From: Pseudomonadota bacterium
GTDB taxonomy: Bacteria; Myxococcota; JACRCW01; JAFGSX01
Reading direction: 5' to 3'
Assembly: GCA_043821645.1 (NCBI GenBank)
Contig: JBDRCO010000068.1
Span: 160,001-224,000 of the forward strand
Length of the DNA stretch: 64,000 nt
Part shown: piece after piece, positions 8,298 through 18,177 of the stretch
Layout: the number at the start of each line of letters is the position of its first letter
Position numbering within the stretch: position 1 is the stretch's first letter
Program-made: the position numbers and the translations under genes
Notes under the pieces: generated by a model
What the model was told of the DNA's origin: nothing
The model's database searches: none
The model's input: the letters and a program-made list of their open reading frames with translations, nothing else

Positions 8298-8394
8298 GAT
8301 GCACTCCTGTGAACCTGCGCGGCAGGTAAGCTATCCTCGTCGGAACAGCGCAGGGAACCAACAAGGCGGCAAAAATAGTGATGCCCGGTGCACG

Positions 8395-9024
8395 GTGTCA
8401 AGGTTGACACACAGATCTCATGCAAGAAGCTCGCTGCCGTCGGTGCTCTGGCTGCTCCTGACACCGCTCCTGGCAGGCTCTGCGGGCGACCTGACCCTCT
8501 CGCTGGGCGGCGGCTACCAGGGTGAGGCGGACCCCCAGCAACGCGCTCATCGTGCCCAGCTGGGGCTGGGGCTGGATGCGGCCTTCAACAACCGTGGGCG
8601 CCTGCTGCTGCGCACGCGCTACAGCCAGTTGCTGTACCAGGAAAGTCTCGACGCGCGCGTCGCTCCGGTGGCGATGAGCCACAACGGGCTCGACCTGAGC
8701 GCCGGGGCCGTGGTGCTCATCGATCGCCTCCCCGGGGTCGAGCCGCTGCTCCTCGTCGAGCTGAGCGGAGGCTATCACCCGCTCGCCGCTGCCCCTGCCC
8801 GCACGGGCTGGGCACCGCAGCTTCGCGCCGGTGCTGCCGTGGGTGTGGGTGCCGACGTGCTGCTGGGCGGCGGCTGGATCCTCGGCGTGGTGGCGCGCTA
8901 CAGCCTGAACAACACCATGGAGGGCTGGATGCAAAGTGTGCAGCCCGCCAGCGGCCTGGCCCTGGAGGTCAGCGTTGGCTATCGTCTGCAAGTGGGGCGG
9001 ACTGTCGACGAGAAAAAGCTCTGA
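8395..9024 (+). CDS. Hypothetical exported protein, possible small outer-membrane beta-barrel
   Basis: Signal-like N-terminus, alternating hydrophobic strands, VSVGYRL near the C-terminus; start uncertain. Confidence 0.55.
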   Translation: MSRLTHRSHARSSLPSVLWLLLTPLLAGSAGDLTLSLGGGYQGEADPQQRAHRAQLGLGLDAAFNNRGRLLLRTRYSQLLYQESLDARVAPVAMSHNGLDLSAGAVVLIDRLPGVEPLLLVELSGGYHPLAAAPARTGWAPQLRAGAAVGVGADVLLGGGWILGVVARYSLNNTMEGWMQSVQPASGLALEVSVGYRLQVGRTVDEKKL

Positions 9025-9030
9025 ATTCGC

Positions 9031-9405
9031 TCAGAAACAAGCGCCCGTGCTGGAGCTGTCGGCAAGAGATCGGCACTCCTGCCCTGGCGGACAGGCGCTC
9101 TCGCGTGCGGAAGAGCCCGGGGTGCACGACAGGCGGCAGCCGTGATCGGACTCCCAGGGCATTCGCACACAGAGCAGGTCGCGGTGGTTCTTGACCGCCT
9201 CGAACTCGTCGCAGTCTGCGTCCGTGCCGCAGCGCTGTCCCGGCCCCTCGCACACACCATTGCAGCGGAAGCCGTAGGGGCAGTCGTCCTCGGTGTCGCA
9301 GGGGATGCGGTCGTAAAAGTCGATGCAGGCCGCTGCGGCGACCAGCAGCACCAGCAGGGCGATCCAGGGCGGGGCCAGACGTAGCGATCGGTTGAGGGCG
9401 CTCAT
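9031..9405 (-). CDS. Small Cys-rich lipoprotein
   Basis: AAAC lipobox; CDTEDDC and CGTDADC repeats. Confidence 0.7.
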   Translation of the reverse strand: MSALNRSLRLAPPWIALLVLLVAAAACIDFYDRIPCDTEDDCPYGFRCNGVCEGPGQRCGTDADCDEFEAVKNHRDLLCVRMPWESDHGCRLSCTPGSSARESACPPGQECRSLADSSSTGACF

Positions 9406-10601
9406 AGGCTACCTCCCGCCACACCGGCGCCCACCGCGAGGGCCACCGCGCCGACACCGAGCAGCACGAAGCCGACGGTCTGAAAGGTTTGACCCTGTTC
9501 GATGATGGCACGCACCTGGTTCTCGGCGTGACGTTGCGTCTCCAGTTCCTGGTCCGCGAACACGGCATTGAGAAGGGCCAGGCCGCCACCGCCGGCCAGC
9601 ACCAGACCCAGGCCGGCAACCCCGGCGCCGATGAACACGCCCGCACTCAGGCTGCTCTTCTCGTCGTCGGTGACCGGTGTCGTGGTCCCGGGATCCTCGA
9701 CCGCAGCCGTGGTCTCGGTGCCGGTCTCGGTGCCGACAGCCTCGGATCCGCTCTCCACTTCGGTGGCCTCGACGGTGCTGGTCTCCGTGGCCACGGTGCT
9801 GCTGCTGCCGTCCGTGGTCTCCACAGTGGTGGTGGAGGTCGAGGTGTCGGTACCCGTCGCTGCGGTGGTGTCCACGGCCGTGGTGGTGGTGCTCCCCGTG
9901 GTGCCGGTCGCCGCAGGCGTCGTGGTCGTCGTCGCGGGAGGCGTGGTCGTGGCCGCAGGCGTCGTGGTCGTGGTCGGTGGAGTGACCGCGGCAGTGGCAG
10001 TCGGCGGTGTGGTCACCGCCGCGGTGGCCACCTCGTCAGGCGGGAGCTTCGAGATCGAGGACAGCAGCTTGGCCGTGACCCGGGGCAAGCCCTTGCTGTC
10101 GAGGAGACTCGAGGCGTCCTTGCCCTTGACGCGATCGGTGACCCGGGCCACCACCTGGCTGGTCCGCGTGTCCACGGCCAGGGCATCGACCAGGAAGGTC
10201 GAACCGACCTTGCTCACGGTGGCGGACAGTGCCACGCCGCAACCCACCGAGCGCGCCACCTCGACCACGCAAGGTCCGGACACGCAGGCGTCGATGAAGG
10301 TCGCGATGTTGGGGGACCCCAGACGCACCTCGTCGCCGCTCACGATCTCGCGCCCCTTGCTCCAGGCATGGCTGCGCACCGTCGTCAGGATGGCTGCGGA
10401 CAGCGGCGGCCCCATGGATTCTTCCATGCCCACCGACGGCTTGATCCCGTGCACGTAGACTTTCTTGATGGTGATGGTCGCGCTGCTCGGGAGTCCGGCG
10501 GTGGCCGGAGCCCAGGGCACGAAGGCATCCTCGGCCCAGGCCTCGGTGCTCAGACCAAGGGTGGCAAGCAGCGTGCACACCGCGACATGACCAGCTCTCA
10601 T
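9402..10601 (-). CDS. Exported/membrane protein with long Thr-rich linker and C-terminal hydrophobic hairpin
   Basis: Signal peptide ending AWA-E, TTTTPAATTT tract, two Gly-rich hydrophobic helices. Confidence 0.7.
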   Translation of the reverse strand: MRAGHVAVCTLLATLGLSTEAWAEDAFVPWAPATAGLPSSATITIKKVYVHGIKPSVGMEESMGPPLSAAILTTVRSHAWSKGREIVSGDEVRLGSPNIATFIDACVSGPCVVEVARSVGCGVALSATVSKVGSTFLVDALAVDTRTSQVVARVTDRVKGKDASSLLDSKGLPRVTAKLLSSISKLPPDEVATAAVTTPPTATAAVTPPTTTTTPAATTTPPATTTTTPAATGTTGSTTTTAVDTTAATGTDTSTSTTTVETTDGSSSTVATETSTVEATEVESGSEAVGTETGTETTAAVEDPGTTTPVTDDEKSSLSAGVFIGAGVAGLGLVLAGGGGLALLNAVFADQELETQRHAENQVRAIIEQGQTFQTVGFVLLGVGAVALAVGAGVAGGSL

Positions 10602-10730
10602 TGTCGCCTCGTGGAGGTGGACGAGGGTTGACGATCTCGACACACCGTCTGCACAGCACTTATCACGTCGCCGCAGCAGGCTAAAGCCTGATATTGTCTG
10701 CGGTCTCAACGGGGCTGTGTCGACGGTCAC

Positions 10731-11783
10731 ATGAACGCGCTCTCGGTCACCAGGCGAGACAGCCAGACGCTCGATGCCGCGGCGTGGTCCAACCGCATCG
10801 AGGCCCTGTTCGAACTCGCGGACCCCTGCCAGCTCTGTCCTCACCGCTGCGGCGCGCACCGCCTGCACGGCGAGCGCGGACGTTGCCTGGTGGGAGACCG
10901 GGCCCTGCTGGCCAGCGCCTGCGTGCATCGAGGCGAGGAGCCGGTGCTCGGTGGGACGCGCGGGGTCGGCAACCTGTTCTTTGGCGGCTGCACCCTGCGC
11001 TGCGTGATCTGCCAGAACCACCAGATCAGCCAAACGCTGCGCGGCCAGCGCATCCCTGCGCGAGGCCCTGGCATCCAGTGCCTGCGCCCGGGGGCGGAGG
11101 CCATTGAGGCTCGCTGGGCCGTCGACGCCGAGGCCTTGCACGCGTCCATGCTGGATCTGCTCGAGCGAGGCGCGCCGGTGATCGGCCTGGTGTCCCCGAC
11201 CCCGCACCTGCCATGGGTGGTGCAAGCTCTGGCTCGCCTGCAGGTCGGCGGGCGGCATGTTCCCATCCTCTACAACAGCAGTGGCTATGAGCGGGTCGAG
11301 GTCCTTGCGCTGCTCGACGGCGTGGTGGACCTGTACCTGCCCGACCTCAAGCATGTGACCCCGCGTGTGGCTGGCCGGCTGTGCGCCGCCCCGGACTACC
11401 CGCAGCACGCGCTCGCTGCCATCCAGGTGATGCACGAACAGGTCGGGTCCCTGCAGCTCGGTGACGACGGGATCGCGCGCCGCGGCCTGCTGGTCCGCCA
11501 CCTGGTGCTGCCGGGACACGTGACCGAGTCAGAACGTGTGCTGCGCGAACTCGCCGGGCGCCTTGGCACCGAGATCGGCGTCAGCCTGCTCGCCCAGTAC
11601 CACCCCAGGCACCACGCGCAGGTGCTGGGGCCACTGGCCCGCCGGCTGCGTCGAGATGAATACCGCCGCGTGCTCCGCTGTCTCGAAGACCTTGGCTTCG
11701 AGCAGGGCTACACCCAGGACCTGGAGGCTCCGGATAGCTACCTGCCCGATTTCGAGCGCGCGCAGCATCCCTTCGAGCCGTGA
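10731..11783 (+). CDS. Radical SAM protein, PflX-like (PFL-activating enzyme family)
   Basis: CQLCPHRC, HRGEEP, GCTLRCVICQN (CxxxCxxC), YNSSGYE, DLYLPDLK, GLLVRHLVLPG. Confidence 0.9.
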   Translation: MNALSVTRRDSQTLDAAAWSNRIEALFELADPCQLCPHRCGAHRLHGERGRCLVGDRALLASACVHRGEEPVLGGTRGVGNLFFGGCTLRCVICQNHQISQTLRGQRIPARGPGIQCLRPGAEAIEARWAVDAEALHASMLDLLERGAPVIGLVSPTPHLPWVVQALARLQVGGRHVPILYNSSGYERVEVLALLDGVVDLYLPDLKHVTPRVAGRLCAAPDYPQHALAAIQVMHEQVGSLQLGDDGIARRGLLVRHLVLPGHVTESERVLRELAGRLGTEIGVSLLAQYHPRHHAQVLGPLARRLRRDEYRRVLRCLEDLGFEQGYTQDLEAPDSYLPDFERAQHPFEP

Positions 11784-11789
11784 CAGCCC

Positions 11790-13046
11790 TCAGCGCCGCA
11801 CCAGCACCAACCGTGGTCCAGGTTCACGCTGCACCCGACCGGCGAGTTCGAGCTCGAGCACGCTGCTGGCGAGCTCCCCTGCACTGAGCCCGAGCCTCCG
11901 ACCCAGGGCGTCGAGTTCGACGCCAGCCGGCGCGCTGGCCAGGACCTCGACCATGGCCCGGGCAGCGCTGCTCAGCTCCTCGTCGACGGGAGCACTGGAA
12001 CCACCGGGTGCGGGGCCCTGGACAGGGGTGTTCGTCGACGCCGGTCGAGAACGCCGAGTTCTCTTCGGGCGGGGTCTCGCCCCCAGTTCGAGCTGCGTGA
12101 CCGGTGCTCGGGACGCGCTCCCACCGTCGCCGCCACATTGTGCATCCAGGGCCTGCATCACGTCGTCGACGTGGCGGCACACCAGCGCGCCCCCGGCGAG
12201 CAGATCGTTGGGGGTCGCCGCCCGGGCATCGCGGAGGTCACCCGGCACCGCCAGGATCGTGCGTCCGAGCCTGCGCGCCCAGTCCGCGGTGATGCGGGCG
12301 CCACTGCGTGCGCGCCCCTGAACCACCACCACCACCTGGGACAGGGCCGCCACCAGCCGGTTGCGGCGCGGGTACATCCAGTTCAGGAGGGGTGCAGCCC
12401 AATACACCTCGCTGAGGACCATCGCGCTGGACCACAGCCAGCGCAGATGGTCGGGCCTGGCTTCGTGCTCGGCATCGAAGCTGCCTCCGAGCACGCACAG
12501 GGTTTCACCACCACCCTCCCGAGCACCCCGATGCGCTGCGGTGTCAATGCCGCGAGCGCCACCGCTGACGACGAGGATGTCGTGCCGAGCCAGGTCGCGA
12601 GCCAGATCGTGGGTCCACTGCAGAGCCTCCCGGCTCGCTTCGCGCGTGCCCACGATGGCGACCCGCGAAGCACCGAGAGAAGTGGGCAGCAGCCGTGGGC
12701 TGGCTGCCAGGAAGACGGGTGGGTCCGGCAGATCGAGGAGACCGGGTAGGCGGTCGACCTCTTCGGGGGGCAGCAGATGGCCACCGGGTTCGAGACCGCG
12801 GCGAATCCTTTCGCCCCAGGCAGCGAGCTGCTCCCTGTCCTCGAGCAGCTCCTGCACACATCCCTGGACGTCCGGGTTCAAGCCCACCTGCGCCAGATCG
12901 CTGGCGTCGAGGTCGCCTGCGGGACGCGGACCGAAGTGTGCGCGCAGGGAGCGCAGACTGGTGGGACCCAGGCCGTCGATGGCAGCGAGCAGGATGGCGT
13001 CGAGGGGAATCTCGGCCGGCGATGTGGGTGCCGGGAGGTCAGGCAT
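11790..13046 (-). CDS. dprA: DNA-processing protein DprA/Smf
   Basis: VAIVGTR, VVSGGARGIDTAAHRGA, RRNRLVAALS, SGARITA, AVPG; C-terminal winged-helix LELELAG. Confidence 0.95.
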   Translation of the reverse strand: MPDLPAPTSPAEIPLDAILLAAIDGLGPTSLRSLRAHFGPRPAGDLDASDLAQVGLNPDVQGCVQELLEDREQLAAWGERIRRGLEPGGHLLPPEEVDRLPGLLDLPDPPVFLAASPRLLPTSLGASRVAIVGTREASREALQWTHDLARDLARHDILVVSGGARGIDTAAHRGAREGGGETLCVLGGSFDAEHEARPDHLRWLWSSAMVLSEVYWAAPLLNWMYPRRNRLVAALSQVVVVVQGRARSGARITADWARRLGRTILAVPGDLRDARAATPNDLLAGGALVCRHVDDVMQALDAQCGGDGGSASRAPVTQLELGARPRPKRTRRSRPASTNTPVQGPAPGGSSAPVDEELSSAARAMVEVLASAPAGVELDALGRRLGLSAGELASSVLELELAGRVQREPGPRLVLVRR

Positions 13047-13054
13047 GCGCGGGC

Positions 13055-14227
13055 TCAGCCGTCCGTGCGCATCTCGATGCGGTCGCCAGGATACATCTCG
13101 CGGTTGGACTTGAGCACCACCGCGGTCGACACGTCGTCGCGAACGTCCACCACCAGCAGGCGGCCGATGATCTCGTCAGGGTAGTCCTCTACGCGTCCCG
13201 TCAGGCCGTCCCCGGCTCGCAGCACGGTGAAGGTGTTGCCAGCCACGACGCCAGCCTTGCTGCCCTGGTCCACGAACACGAAATAGTACTCGCCGCTGAT
13301 CTGGGAGAACTCCAGCACGTTGTCGACGATGTAGCCCTTGAGCTTCTTGGTGTTGGCGACCTCGTTGATGCGAGGATTGAAGTCGGCAGACACGGGGCCA
13401 GCCTTGTCCCCGCGCACGATCGGGTCATAGGCCGCCGTGATGACGGCGGTGCTGATCTTGCCGTCGATCTTCTCGACCGAGGCGGCGCCCAGGACCTCGG
13501 TCACGTAGCCCAGGTTGCTCCCGGTGATGGGGTGGCGGACCTCCCGCGAGACCCGGAATAGCTCGTACTGCTGCCCCGGCTGAGCCGAGCTGCTCATGCG
13601 GATATACACGCGCTGGAACAGGGTCAGCATCTCCTGCTCGGCGAAGGATCCTTCGATCTCACCGGAGCTCTTGAGCTCCTCCCGGGTCACGAAGCTGCGT
13701 CGCCTCGGCACGACCTGCTGGCCGGCGGCGCCGAGCTTGCTTGGCAGATCGGCGGGAGCCTCGAACAGCTCGACCTCGTCCACGGTATCTGGGGTGTCCA
13801 GATCAATATCGTCGCCGCCCTCGTCCGCGACCTCGGTGGGTTCGGTCCCTGGCTCTATCTCCCCTGGCAGGGCACCGGCGCCCGGGTAGAAGCGCACGCG
13901 ATTACCCGGATAGATCCAGTGTGGATTCTCGATCTCTGGGTTGTAGGACCAGATCTTGGGCCAGTACCAGGGATTGTTGAGGAAGCGCTTGCACAGGTCC
14001 CACAGGGTATCCCCCTGCTGCACGGTGTACTCTGTCGGCGCCTGCCCAAGGTCCACCGAAGTCCCCTCGGTGGTCGCCTCGCCCTCCGCGGGGGCAGCAT
14101 CGTCTGCCGGCGCCGCCTCCTCGATCGCATCCCCGGTTCCCTCCTCATCACCCTCCTGGCTAAGACCAAGGACGGGAATCCACAGAAGACCGGCAGCAAC
14201 CAGGGCAGTCCAACGTGGCCAGCGCAT
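13055..14227 (-). CDS. LysM peptidoglycan-binding protein, TsaP-like
   Basis: YTVQQGDTLWDL..FLNNPWYWPKIWSYNPEIENPHWIYPG; immediately upstream of dprA. Confidence 0.85.
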   Translation of the reverse strand: MRWPRWTALVAAGLLWIPVLGLSQEGDEEGTGDAIEEAAPADDAAPAEGEATTEGTSVDLGQAPTEYTVQQGDTLWDLCKRFLNNPWYWPKIWSYNPEIENPHWIYPGNRVRFYPGAGALPGEIEPGTEPTEVADEGGDDIDLDTPDTVDEVELFEAPADLPSKLGAAGQQVVPRRRSFVTREELKSSGEIEGSFAEQEMLTLFQRVYIRMSSSAQPGQQYELFRVSREVRHPITGSNLGYVTEVLGAASVEKIDGKISTAVITAAYDPIVRGDKAGPVSADFNPRINEVANTKKLKGYIVDNVLEFSQISGEYYFVFVDQGSKAGVVAGNTFTVLRAGDGLTGRVEDYPDEIIGRLLVVDVRDDVSTAVVLKSNREMYPGDRIEMRTDG

Positions 14228-14397
14228 GTGCAAACTCCTTATCTTGAGGGTCCGTCGCCGAGACCCTGCCCCGTCGCACTGATCCGACGGAGCCCCTGCC
14301 AGGTAGCGAGACCGCGTGGGCCGGACCCACCACGAGCGTCGGGGTCCATGGTAAAGAACAATGGGCCCGCCGGCAAATTTCCGACCCGCCTTTCTTG

Positions 14398-15162
14398 TCA
14401 GGGTGCCGTGGCGCCCTCCGCGAGCAGCACCCTGGCCTCCCGGGCCGCGGTCGATGCCGGGAACTGCTCAACCACCTGGGCCAGATAGACGCGCGCGCTT
14501 ACCTGGTCGTTCAGGGACCGGTAGCAGCGGGCAATGCGCAGCAATGCGTCCGGCACCTTGTCACTTCGGGGATACTGCACCACGACCTGCTGCAGCTGTT
14601 CGATGGCGCGCGCGTATTGGCCGGATCCCTGGAAGCACGCACCTCTCCAGAAGACGGCGTTGTCTGCCAGATCATGTTGCGGGTCCTGCCGCGCGATCTC
14701 CTCGAAGGCCGTCGCAGCCCGCTCGTAATCGCCAGCCTGGAACAGCGCCCTCGCCCTTTCGTAGCTCTCGGCGACCGCCGAGGTCGCACGTCCAGGGTTG
14801 CCGCGGCGCGGTCCTGGCCGCTCGTCTTCGTGAAGGCGGAGCACCACAGGCTCGCTCCCATCTTCGGCGGCCCCGGCTTCGAGCTCGTCCCGCTCCGCCT
14901 CTTCGTCGCTCGGATGGGTGGGCGGCAGGTTCACCACGTCGAGGGCGGGAGGCGCCTGCGGCAAGGCTCGATCGACCTTTCCTGCCAGCATGCCGATGCG
15001 TGCATCGAGGTCGGCCAGACGGCGGTCCATGCCGTCCTGACGGCGCGCCATCTCGCGCAGCTCGCGCTCGGTGTCGCTGGCGACCGCAGGGGTGGGATCG
15101 GCGGTGGAACAGGCCAGCACGCCGGTGAGGAGAAGGGATAGCGGGCCTCGCAATGAGATCAA
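14398..15162 (-). CDS. cpoB: Tol-Pal associated protein CpoB/YbgF-like TPR lipoprotein
   Basis: LAC lipobox, coiled coil, LADNAVFWRG..YPRSDKVPDALL TPR; TTG start with GGAG RBS. Confidence 0.82.
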   Translation of the reverse strand: MISLRGPLSLLLTGVLACSTADPTPAVASDTERELREMARRQDGMDRRLADLDARIGMLAGKVDRALPQAPPALDVVNLPPTHPSDEEAERDELEAGAAEDGSEPVVLRLHEDERPGPRRGNPGRATSAVAESYERARALFQAGDYERAATAFEEIARQDPQHDLADNAVFWRGACFQGSGQYARAIEQLQQVVVQYPRSDKVPDALLRIARCYRSLNDQVSARVYLAQVVEQFPASTAAREARVLLAEGATAP

Positions 15163-15238
15163 GGTGTGCTCCAGACCGTGGTTCTCGGGACGGTTCGTCC
15201 GTCGACGCTTGCACCATAGCGCCGTCGGCCACCCGGCT

Positions 15239-15985
15239 TCAATCGTCGGGGAGAAAGTCCAGTGGATCGAGAGGCTGCCGCCCGCGGCGGACCTCGAAGT
15301 GGAGGTGAGGTCCCTCGGAGCGACCGCTCTTGCCAAGGTGGGCAATGAGCTCCCCAACCTTCACGTGCTGACCCATCTTCACGACGACGTCGCGGTTGTG
15401 CGCGTAAACCGTCACCAGTCCACCGCTGTGCTGCAGGATGACGAGGTGGCCAAAGGCCCTGTCGGATCCCACGTAGAGCACGTCGGCGTCAGCCGCCGCG
15501 CGGACAGGCGCACCCTCGGGGGCTCCGAGGTCGATGCCATCGTGCCGGACCCCCTGGCGCAGGCCAAACCCGGAGTAGAGCACGCCCTCGTCCACGGGCC
15601 AGCGCAGGGTGCCGCGGGTGGCCACGGCCGAGCTCGGCTCGGACATCTCCCGGGGAGCGGGATCGGATCCTGCGGTCGGGGGGGGCAAGGGCGCCATCGG
15701 ATCCAGGTCGGGGATAAAGATCAACCGACCGACCTTGAGGTCGCGCGGGTCGCGAATGCCGTTGACTTCGATGAGCTCGTCGACGTCGACGTGATAGCGG
15801 CTGGCCAGGCCCCACAACGTTTCGCCGGCCTTCAGTTCGTGAAACACACCCAGTGCTTCGGTGGCAGCGGGGACTGCAGGTTCCCTCGCCGCAGGCTCGG
15901 GCGGCGGCACGCGCCGCGGACAGGCGCCAAGTGCCAGCAGGAGCAGCAGCGCCCCCAGGGCATGCTCAGACCTGTGCAAAACCAT
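15239..15985 (-). CDS. LysM/M23 peptidase lipoprotein, NlpD-like
   Basis: LGAC lipobox, LysM, HDGIDL (HxxxD) and PHLHFEVR (HxH); follows surE. Confidence 0.9.
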   Translation of the reverse strand: MVLHRSEHALGALLLLLALGACPRRVPPPEPAAREPAVPAATEALGVFHELKAGETLWGLASRYHVDVDELIEVNGIRDPRDLKVGRLIFIPDLDPMAPLPPPTAGSDPAPREMSEPSSAVATRGTLRWPVDEGVLYSGFGLRQGVRHDGIDLGAPEGAPVRAAADADVLYVGSDRAFGHLVILQHSGGLVTVYAHNRDVVVKMGQHVKVGELIAHLGKSGRSEGPHLHFEVRRGRQPLDPLDFLPDD

Positions 15986-16727
15986 CCAGAGACCGCTCCT
16001 GCAGCGATCGCGGGGGCTCGCCCGGACCGAACCGGGCTTGCAGGGGCGTGACCGAGATGAGTCCCTGCCCCACCGCCGCGCAGTCGCTGCCCTCGATGTC
16101 CTCATAGCCAGCCCAGGTCCCCGCGATCTGCAGCCGCTGTCCGTCGGCGCCGGGCTCCAGGTGCTCGATGACGTCCCGGTAGCGGTGCTGACCGACCTGC
16201 GTCAGCCTGTAGCGCGCCGGTAAGGCCAGATGCCGCGGCACATTGACGTTGAGCACCGTGCGCGGCGCCATGCCCTCGCGCAGGATCTGCCGGCCCAGCG
16301 TGGTGACGAAGCGCGCGGCAGCGTCGTAGTCGAGATCGTGCCTGCCGACGAGGGACACCGCCATGGCAGGGATATCGCGCAGGGCACCCTCAACCGCTGC
16401 GGCCACCGTGCCCGAGTACAGGATGTCGTCACCGAGATTGCCACCTGCGTTGATGCCCGACACCAGAAGATCCGGGCGCCTCCCCCCAAGCACCACCTCG
16501 CAGGCCACGAAGACGCAATCCACCGGTGTGCCATCCACGGCGTGCACGCCCGGGTCTCGCCTCTCGAGCTGCAAGGGCCGCCGCAGGGACAGTGCGTGAC
16601 TCGACGCCGAACGCTCTGACCTCGGTGCCACGACGATGACCTCACCCAGGGCCTCGAGAGCCGCGCGAGCGGCGTGCAGCCCGGGAGCGTCCACGCCATC
16701 ATCGTTGGTGAGTAGGATCGTCGGCAC
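15966..16727 (-). CDS. surE: 5'/3'-nucleotidase SurE
   Basis: ILLTNDDGVDAPG, GTPVDCV, SGINAGGNLG, YSGTVAAA, ISVTPL. Confidence 0.96.
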   Translation of the reverse strand: MPTILLTNDDGVDAPGLHAARAALEALGEVIVVAPRSERSASSHALSLRRPLQLERRDPGVHAVDGTPVDCVFVACEVVLGGRRPDLLVSGINAGGNLGDDILYSGTVAAAVEGALRDIPAMAVSLVGRHDLDYDAAARFVTTLGRQILREGMAPRTVLNVNVPRHLALPARYRLTQVGQHRYRDVIEHLEPGADGQRLQIAGTWAGYEDIEGSDCAAVGQGLISVTPLQARFGPGEPPRSLQERSLDGFAQV

Positions 16728-16856
16728 TGGGAAACCTCTTGCTTGTTGAACAGATACCACCGATGGCTGGCCTGGGCGAGGTGATGCGGGCCTGGCCAGC
16801 TCGGAGCAGGAGGACGGCGCGCTCGCATCCCTGCGCTCGCGACGCGGCAGCTCCCC

Positions 16857-16915
16857 AAAAAGCAAACGGGTGGCACCTGGCCACCCGTGAGTCCCGGACG
16901 TACCGGGTTTTTTTC
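16857..16915. terminator. Pair of intrinsic-terminator-like hairpins downstream of tRNA-Pro
   Basis: ACGGGTGGC-acctg-GCCACCCGT followed by TTGCTTTTT on the minus strand; CCCGG-acgta-CCGGG-T7 on the plus strand. Confidence 0.6.
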
Positions 16916-16922
16916 TGAAAAA

Positions 16923-17000
16923 TGGTCGGGGCGAGAGGATTCGAACCTCCGGCCCCTTGACCCCCAGTCAAGTGCGCTAACCAGACTGCGCCACGCCCCG
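16923..17000 (-). tRNA. tRNA-Pro (anticodon GGG), CCA encoded
   Basis: CGGGGCGTGGCGCAGTCTGGTTAGCGCACTTGACTGGGGGTCAAGGGGCCGGAGGTTCGAATCCTCTCGCCCCGACCA folds as a cloverleaf. Confidence 0.97.
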
Positions 17001-17159
17001 ACCTGCAGCCACGCCTCTCGACGTGGAAGCGGTGTGCATCATAGCGACGGGGCACCGGCTGTCAATGACCAAAAGGGTGTCGATCTCGGTTCGCGGGCAA
17101 GGCTAGGGCAAAGACGGACCCTGGATACTAACAGTGCAGGTCGATGCTATCTTCTGCCC

Positions 17160-18137
17160 ATGGGCCGAGCGTTCTTCTTGTGCGTCGCGGGTACCCTGCT
17201 GGGCATGTTGACCCCGGGCTGCCTGCTGTGCACCGCCGAGAATCCGGACCTGTGCCTGGAGCTCTTCAATACCTGTGGAGAGGACAAGGGGGTGCCGATC
17301 GCCACCAGCCTCGTCGACCTGGACCTGCGCCAGCAGTTCGTGTGGACCACGGAAGCCCCCGTGGGCAACATGATCGCGGACGCGATCTACGCCATGGCCC
17401 GTCGCCACTGCGGCACGGCAACGCGCCCCTGCCCCGATGCCGCAGTCGAGAACGCCGGCGCCATCCGCTACGAGACGCCCTGTGGCGAACGCGAGCTGAT
17501 CACGGCAGGCCAGCTGTACGAGTCCGACATCCTGCAGATGCTCCCCTTCGCGAGCAACCGGATGGATGTCATCGAGCTGACCGGGCACGATCTGAAGCTG
17601 GCTCTCGAGCATTCGGTCGATCTGCTCGGGCAACGTCGCGCGTCGGAGCAGGGCGGGCACTTTTTGCACGTGTCGCGGCTTCGCTTCGAGGTGGACTGCG
17701 ACCAGCCCTCGCAGGCCCATGACCCGGCGCGCAAGACCATCGTGGTCCCCGGGGCCCGCATCGTCGACGGTTCGCTGATGATCCGCACCGATCCGGGCGC
17801 GCCGGAGGATCTGGCGATCTGGGAGCCCGTGGTGACGGACCGCACCTCAATCTACCGCATCGCGACCAACAGCTTCATTGGCTCCGGCAACGACGGATTC
17901 CTCGCCCTGGTGGCACGCGAGCAAACCGCCGAGGGCGAGACGGCACTGGAAGGCGATTCACCGGTCTGTGACGGCAGCTTCTTGTGCAAGAACCTGTACT
18001 ATGTCGAAGAGGACGGGGTCTTCGCCAACGATGCCCTGGCCGTGGTCAGCTACCTGCGCCAGCAGGGCGAGGTGGCACCCTACATCGACGGCCGCATCTT
18101 CCAGTCCCCGAGCTGCATCATCGGCAGCAGGCGTTGA
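17160..18137 (+). CDS. Lipoprotein consisting of a 5'-nucleotidase C-terminal domain only
   Basis: EAPVGNMIADA, NAGAIR, LPFASN, LALEHS, FLHVSRLRF, YRIATNSFIGSGNDGF; signal peptide with PGC. Confidence 0.82.
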   Translation: MGRAFFLCVAGTLLGMLTPGCLLCTAENPDLCLELFNTCGEDKGVPIATSLVDLDLRQQFVWTTEAPVGNMIADAIYAMARRHCGTATRPCPDAAVENAGAIRYETPCGERELITAGQLYESDILQMLPFASNRMDVIELTGHDLKLALEHSVDLLGQRRASEQGGHFLHVSRLRFEVDCDQPSQAHDPARKTIVVPGARIVDGSLMIRTDPGAPEDLAIWEPVVTDRTSIYRIATNSFIGSGNDGFLALVAREQTAEGETALEGDSPVCDGSFLCKNLYYVEEDGVFANDALAVVSYLRQQGEVAPYIDGRIFQSPSCIIGSRR

Positions 18138-18177
18138 ACAGAGTGCAGACGACCCGGCGCCCGACACCCAAGGGGCG

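Noticed and set aside
9700-10030. DNA tandem repeat element
   Set aside because: Explained by the Thr-rich coding linker.
16923-17160. tRNA-Pro as an integration site for an island
   Set aside because: No integrase and no duplicated tRNA 3' end seen; the flanks are core genes.
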